NCBI GenBank assembly: GCA_963803435.1
Contig: CAWDML010000001.1
Coordinates: 2,656,001-2,720,000 of the forward strand
Source: an uncultured delta proteobacterium
Lineage (GTDB): Bacteria; Myxococcota; Kuafuiibacteriia; Kuafuiibacteriales; Kuafuiibacteriaceae
Length of the DNA: 64,000 nucleotides
Direction: 5' to 3'
Below, piece after piece: positions 60,851 through 64,000 of this stretch; within the stretch, counting starts at the first letter, position 1; each line of letters starts with the position of its first letter. Below the pieces are notes generated by a model. It did not search any database, was not told the DNA's origin, and saw only the letters and a program-made list of their open reading frames with translations. The translations under genes and the position numbers were made by a program.

Positions 60851-63800
60851 ATGGCCCCGGATCGCGTGGAGAACGGGCAGCCCGAGGTCGACCGTAGCGC
60901 GGCCATTCCGATCCCGAGGCAGGTGAACCCGAGTCGGGTTCGACTCTCATTCGCTCAGGAACGAATCTGGCTGTTCGAACAGCTGTCGCCGGGAACGCAC
61001 GCGCACCACCTGTCGGTGCAGATCGACCTGGAGGGCCCGCTCGATCGGGCCGCGCTCCGGCGGGCCATCCGGTCGGTGGTTGCCCGCCACGAGACACTCC
61101 GCACCGCCGTGCGCATCTATGACGGCGTCCCCATGCAGGTGGTCGCCGCCGGCTCGAGCGCAGAGGTGGAGGAGGTCGATCTTTCGGCGCGCTCCTCGGT
61201 GGAGCAGGACGTCGAGGTCCGCCGATCGATGTCCGAGCAGATCCATCGGCCCTTCGATCTCTCGCGGCCGCCCCTGTTCCGGATGCGCCTGCTCCGGCTC
61301 AAGGATCCGGCGCACGTCCTCCAGGCGGTGATGCACCAGCTGATCGCGGACACTCACTCGCTCGAGCTGATGCTCGACGAGATCGTCGCCCTCTACGCCT
61401 CGGAGGTGGTGCGCGAGCGCTCTCCTCTCCCGGATCTGCCGGTCCAATATCGCGACTATTCGATCTGGCAGCGCGCGCGCTTCGACATCGACAAGCGTAC
61501 CCGCCAGCTCGCGTACTGGAGGTCGAAGCTCGGAGGCGATCTGCGACCGCTCGAGATCCCGCTCGATCTCCCACGACCGGCGCTGCAGACGTTCGGAGGC
61601 GCCGAGGAGAGCATCGACCTCTCCGATCAGCTGATCGAGGAGCTGCGGCGGCTCACCGACTCCGAGATCAACATGACGGTCGTCTTGATGGCGGCCTTCT
61701 ATGTCCTCCTGTTCCGATACACCGGGGAGCAGGATCTGTTCGTCGGGACGCCCATCATGCAGCGGGTCCGTCCGGAGACCCAACCGCTGATCGGCCCGTT
61801 CTCCAACACGCTGGTGATCCGGGTGGAGGTCTCCAGCCGTCCCAGCTTCCGCGCGCTCCTCCGGATGGTCTTCCAGGCGCTCGTGGAGGCGTTCGACAAC
61901 CAGGCGCTCTCCTTTGCCGAGCTGATCGAGGAGCTCCAGCCGGCGCGCGATCTCAGCCGCTCGCCGCTGTTCCAGGTGATGTTCGACCCGACGCGCTTCC
62001 GCTCGAAGCCGAAGGTCACGGACCACGGGGCGCTCACCATGACGCCGCACGAGGTCCACTCAGAGATCAGCGCGCACGATCTCACGCTGCTCGTGAACGA
62101 GCGCGACGAACCGATCCGCGTCAAGCTCGAGTACAACACCGCGCTGTACGAGCGGGACACTGCGCGCCGACTGCTGCAGCACTATCGCACCGTGCTCGAG
62201 CAGATCGCGGCAGATCCGGACGGGCCGATCGATCGGATGCCGCTCCTCCTCCCGAGCGAGCGGAACCAGCTGGTCGTCGGGTGGAACGCCACGTCGATCG
62301 AGCATCCCGATCGTCCGCTGGTGCACGAAGAAGTGGCCCTCCGAGCCGCGCATACGCCCAGCGCGGCGGCGATCTGCGTGGGCGATCTCGAGCTCGGCTA
62401 TCGCGACCTGGACGAGCGATCGAATCAGCTCGCCCATCGCCTGGTCTCGCTGGGCGTGGGTCCGGAGGTGCTGGTGGGGCTCTGCCTCGATCGCTCCTTC
62501 GAGATGGTCATGGCGATGCTGGGCGTGCTGAAGGCGGGCGGCGCCTACGTGCCCCTGGATCCGACGCATCCGCCCGAGCGCAACGCGATGATCTTCCGGG
62601 AGGCGGCCCCCAAGGTCGTGCTCACGCAGCGGTCTCTCGAGGACAAGCTGCAGGTGCCGGCATCGACGCGGTTGATCCTGGTCGATGCGCCCATCGACGC
62701 GCCGGTGTCCCCGCCCGAGACGACGGTGGGCCCGGACAACCTCGCGTACGTCATCTTCACCTCGGGCTCCACCGGCCGGCCCAAGGGTGTCGAGATCACG
62801 CACCGTTCGCTCTCCAACTTTCTCTGGGCGATGAGGAGCACGCCCGGCCTGCGCGCGACCGATCGCGTGCTCGCGGTGACCACGCTCTCCTTCGACATCG
62901 CCGGCGCTCGAGCTCCTCCTTCCCCTGTTGGTGGGTGCTCAGGTCGATCTCGCTGGTCGCGTCACCTCGGTCGACGCTCAGCGCCTCCGGGACCATCTGG
63001 ATCTGAAGCCGACCACGGTGATGCAGGCGACGCCCGCCACCTGGCGTATGCTGCTCGAGGCGGGGTGGCGCGGAAACCGCAACCTCAAGCTGCTCTGCGG
63101 GCGGCGAGGCGCTGCCCCGCGATCTCGCGGAGCAGCTGTTGGAGCGGGCGGCGAGCTCTGGAACATGTACGGGCCGACGGAGACCACGATCTGGTCGTCG
63201 GTGCACCCGGTGACGTACGGCGGACATCCGTCCCGATCGGCCGGCCCATCGCCAACACCACGATGTACGTGCTGGACGCCCGCCTCGAGCCCGTGCCGAT
63301 CGGCGTGGTGGGCGAGCTCTTGATCGGCGGCAGCGGGCTGGCCCGCGGCTATCACCGCCGGCCCGACCTCACGCGCGAGCGCTTCGTCCCCGATCCGTTC
63401 TCGGATCGTCCGGGCGCGTAGCTGTATCGAACCGGCGATCTGGCCCGACGCCTCCCCACGGAGAGCTGAACTGTCTCGGCCGCACCGACTTCCAGGTCAA
63501 GATCCGCGGCTATCGCATCGAGCTCGGCGAGATCGAGGCGGCGCTCCTTTCCCATCCCGACGTCAAGAACGCCGCCGTGGTGGCCCGCGAGGACGACCGG
63601 GAGAAGCGGCTGGTCGGCTATCTGGAGGCACGCCATCTGATCGGCGAGGAGGTTCTCCGCAGCCACCTGGAGAGCAAGCTCCCCGGATACATGATCCCGG
63701 CGCGCTTCGTGGAGATGGACGCGCTGCCGCTGACGCCCAACGGCAAGGTCGATCGCAAGGCGCTTCCGGCGCCGGGAAAGACACGCCGGCCCAACACCGG

Positions 63801-64000
63801 CTTCATGGCCCCCTCCGGCGACCTCGAGGTGCAGATGGCCTCGATCTGGCGGGAGGTGCTCGAGGTGGATCGCGTCGGTCGCAACGAGAGCTTCTTCGAT
63901 CTCGGAGGCCACTCGCTCCTCGCGGTGAAGCTCATCAACCGCCTCAACCGGGAGTGCGGCGTGTATATCCCGCTCGGCGCGGTGTTCCAGACGCCTACGA
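60851..64000 (+). CDS. NRPS module C-A(Gly)-PCP, runs out of window; several indels and one TAG in the A domain
   Basis: LSFAQERIW; YVIFTSGSTGRPKG; NMYGPTE; GELLIGG.GLARGY; LYRTGDL; QVKIRGYRIELGEIE; NGKVDR; FFDLGGHSL. Confidence 0.92.

Overview
GC-rich (roughly 70% by eye) bacterial DNA, most likely Myxococcota (MYXO-CTERM protein, Pkn Ser/Thr kinase, FHA-GAF-cyclase, several sigma-54 activators, NRPS). The assembly appears to carry single-base errors: at least seven genes are broken by one indel or stop, several exactly at GATC. Left to right: (1) partial outer-membrane protein, GNAT, DUF6600 lipoprotein and a small orphan gene; (2) a probable phosphate-starvation island, with a Pho-box-led six-gene TtpB/TtpC/ExbB/ExbD/TonB/TPR system, TonB-dependent receptor and acidic lipoprotein, divergent from a PhoB-like regulator that is followed by a GT21-PAP2 fusion, GNAT, PlsC-like acyltransferase, ureohydrolase and degenerate nucleotidyltransferase (candidate phosphorus-free lipid pathway); (3) a gene broken by an IS1182-like remnant; (4) MarR-RND efflux; (5) DEAD-box helicase; (6) cobalamin riboswitch-led B12 uptake genes; (7) degenerate cyclase, Pkn kinase and J-domain protein; (8) korAB, a sigma-54 activator, a two-component system and an envelope operon; (9) a large hydrophobic-hairpin protein with two DcrB/DUF1795-like genes; (10) a bacterial Elp3 head-to-head with a Trm9-like methyltransferase (candidate bacterial mcm5U wobble pathway); (11) apaG/FGE/srkA/SMUG1/PIG-L; (12) the start of a Gly-type NRPS. 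No rRNA, tRNA or CRISPR array was seen. All family calls come from reading motifs; no database search was run.
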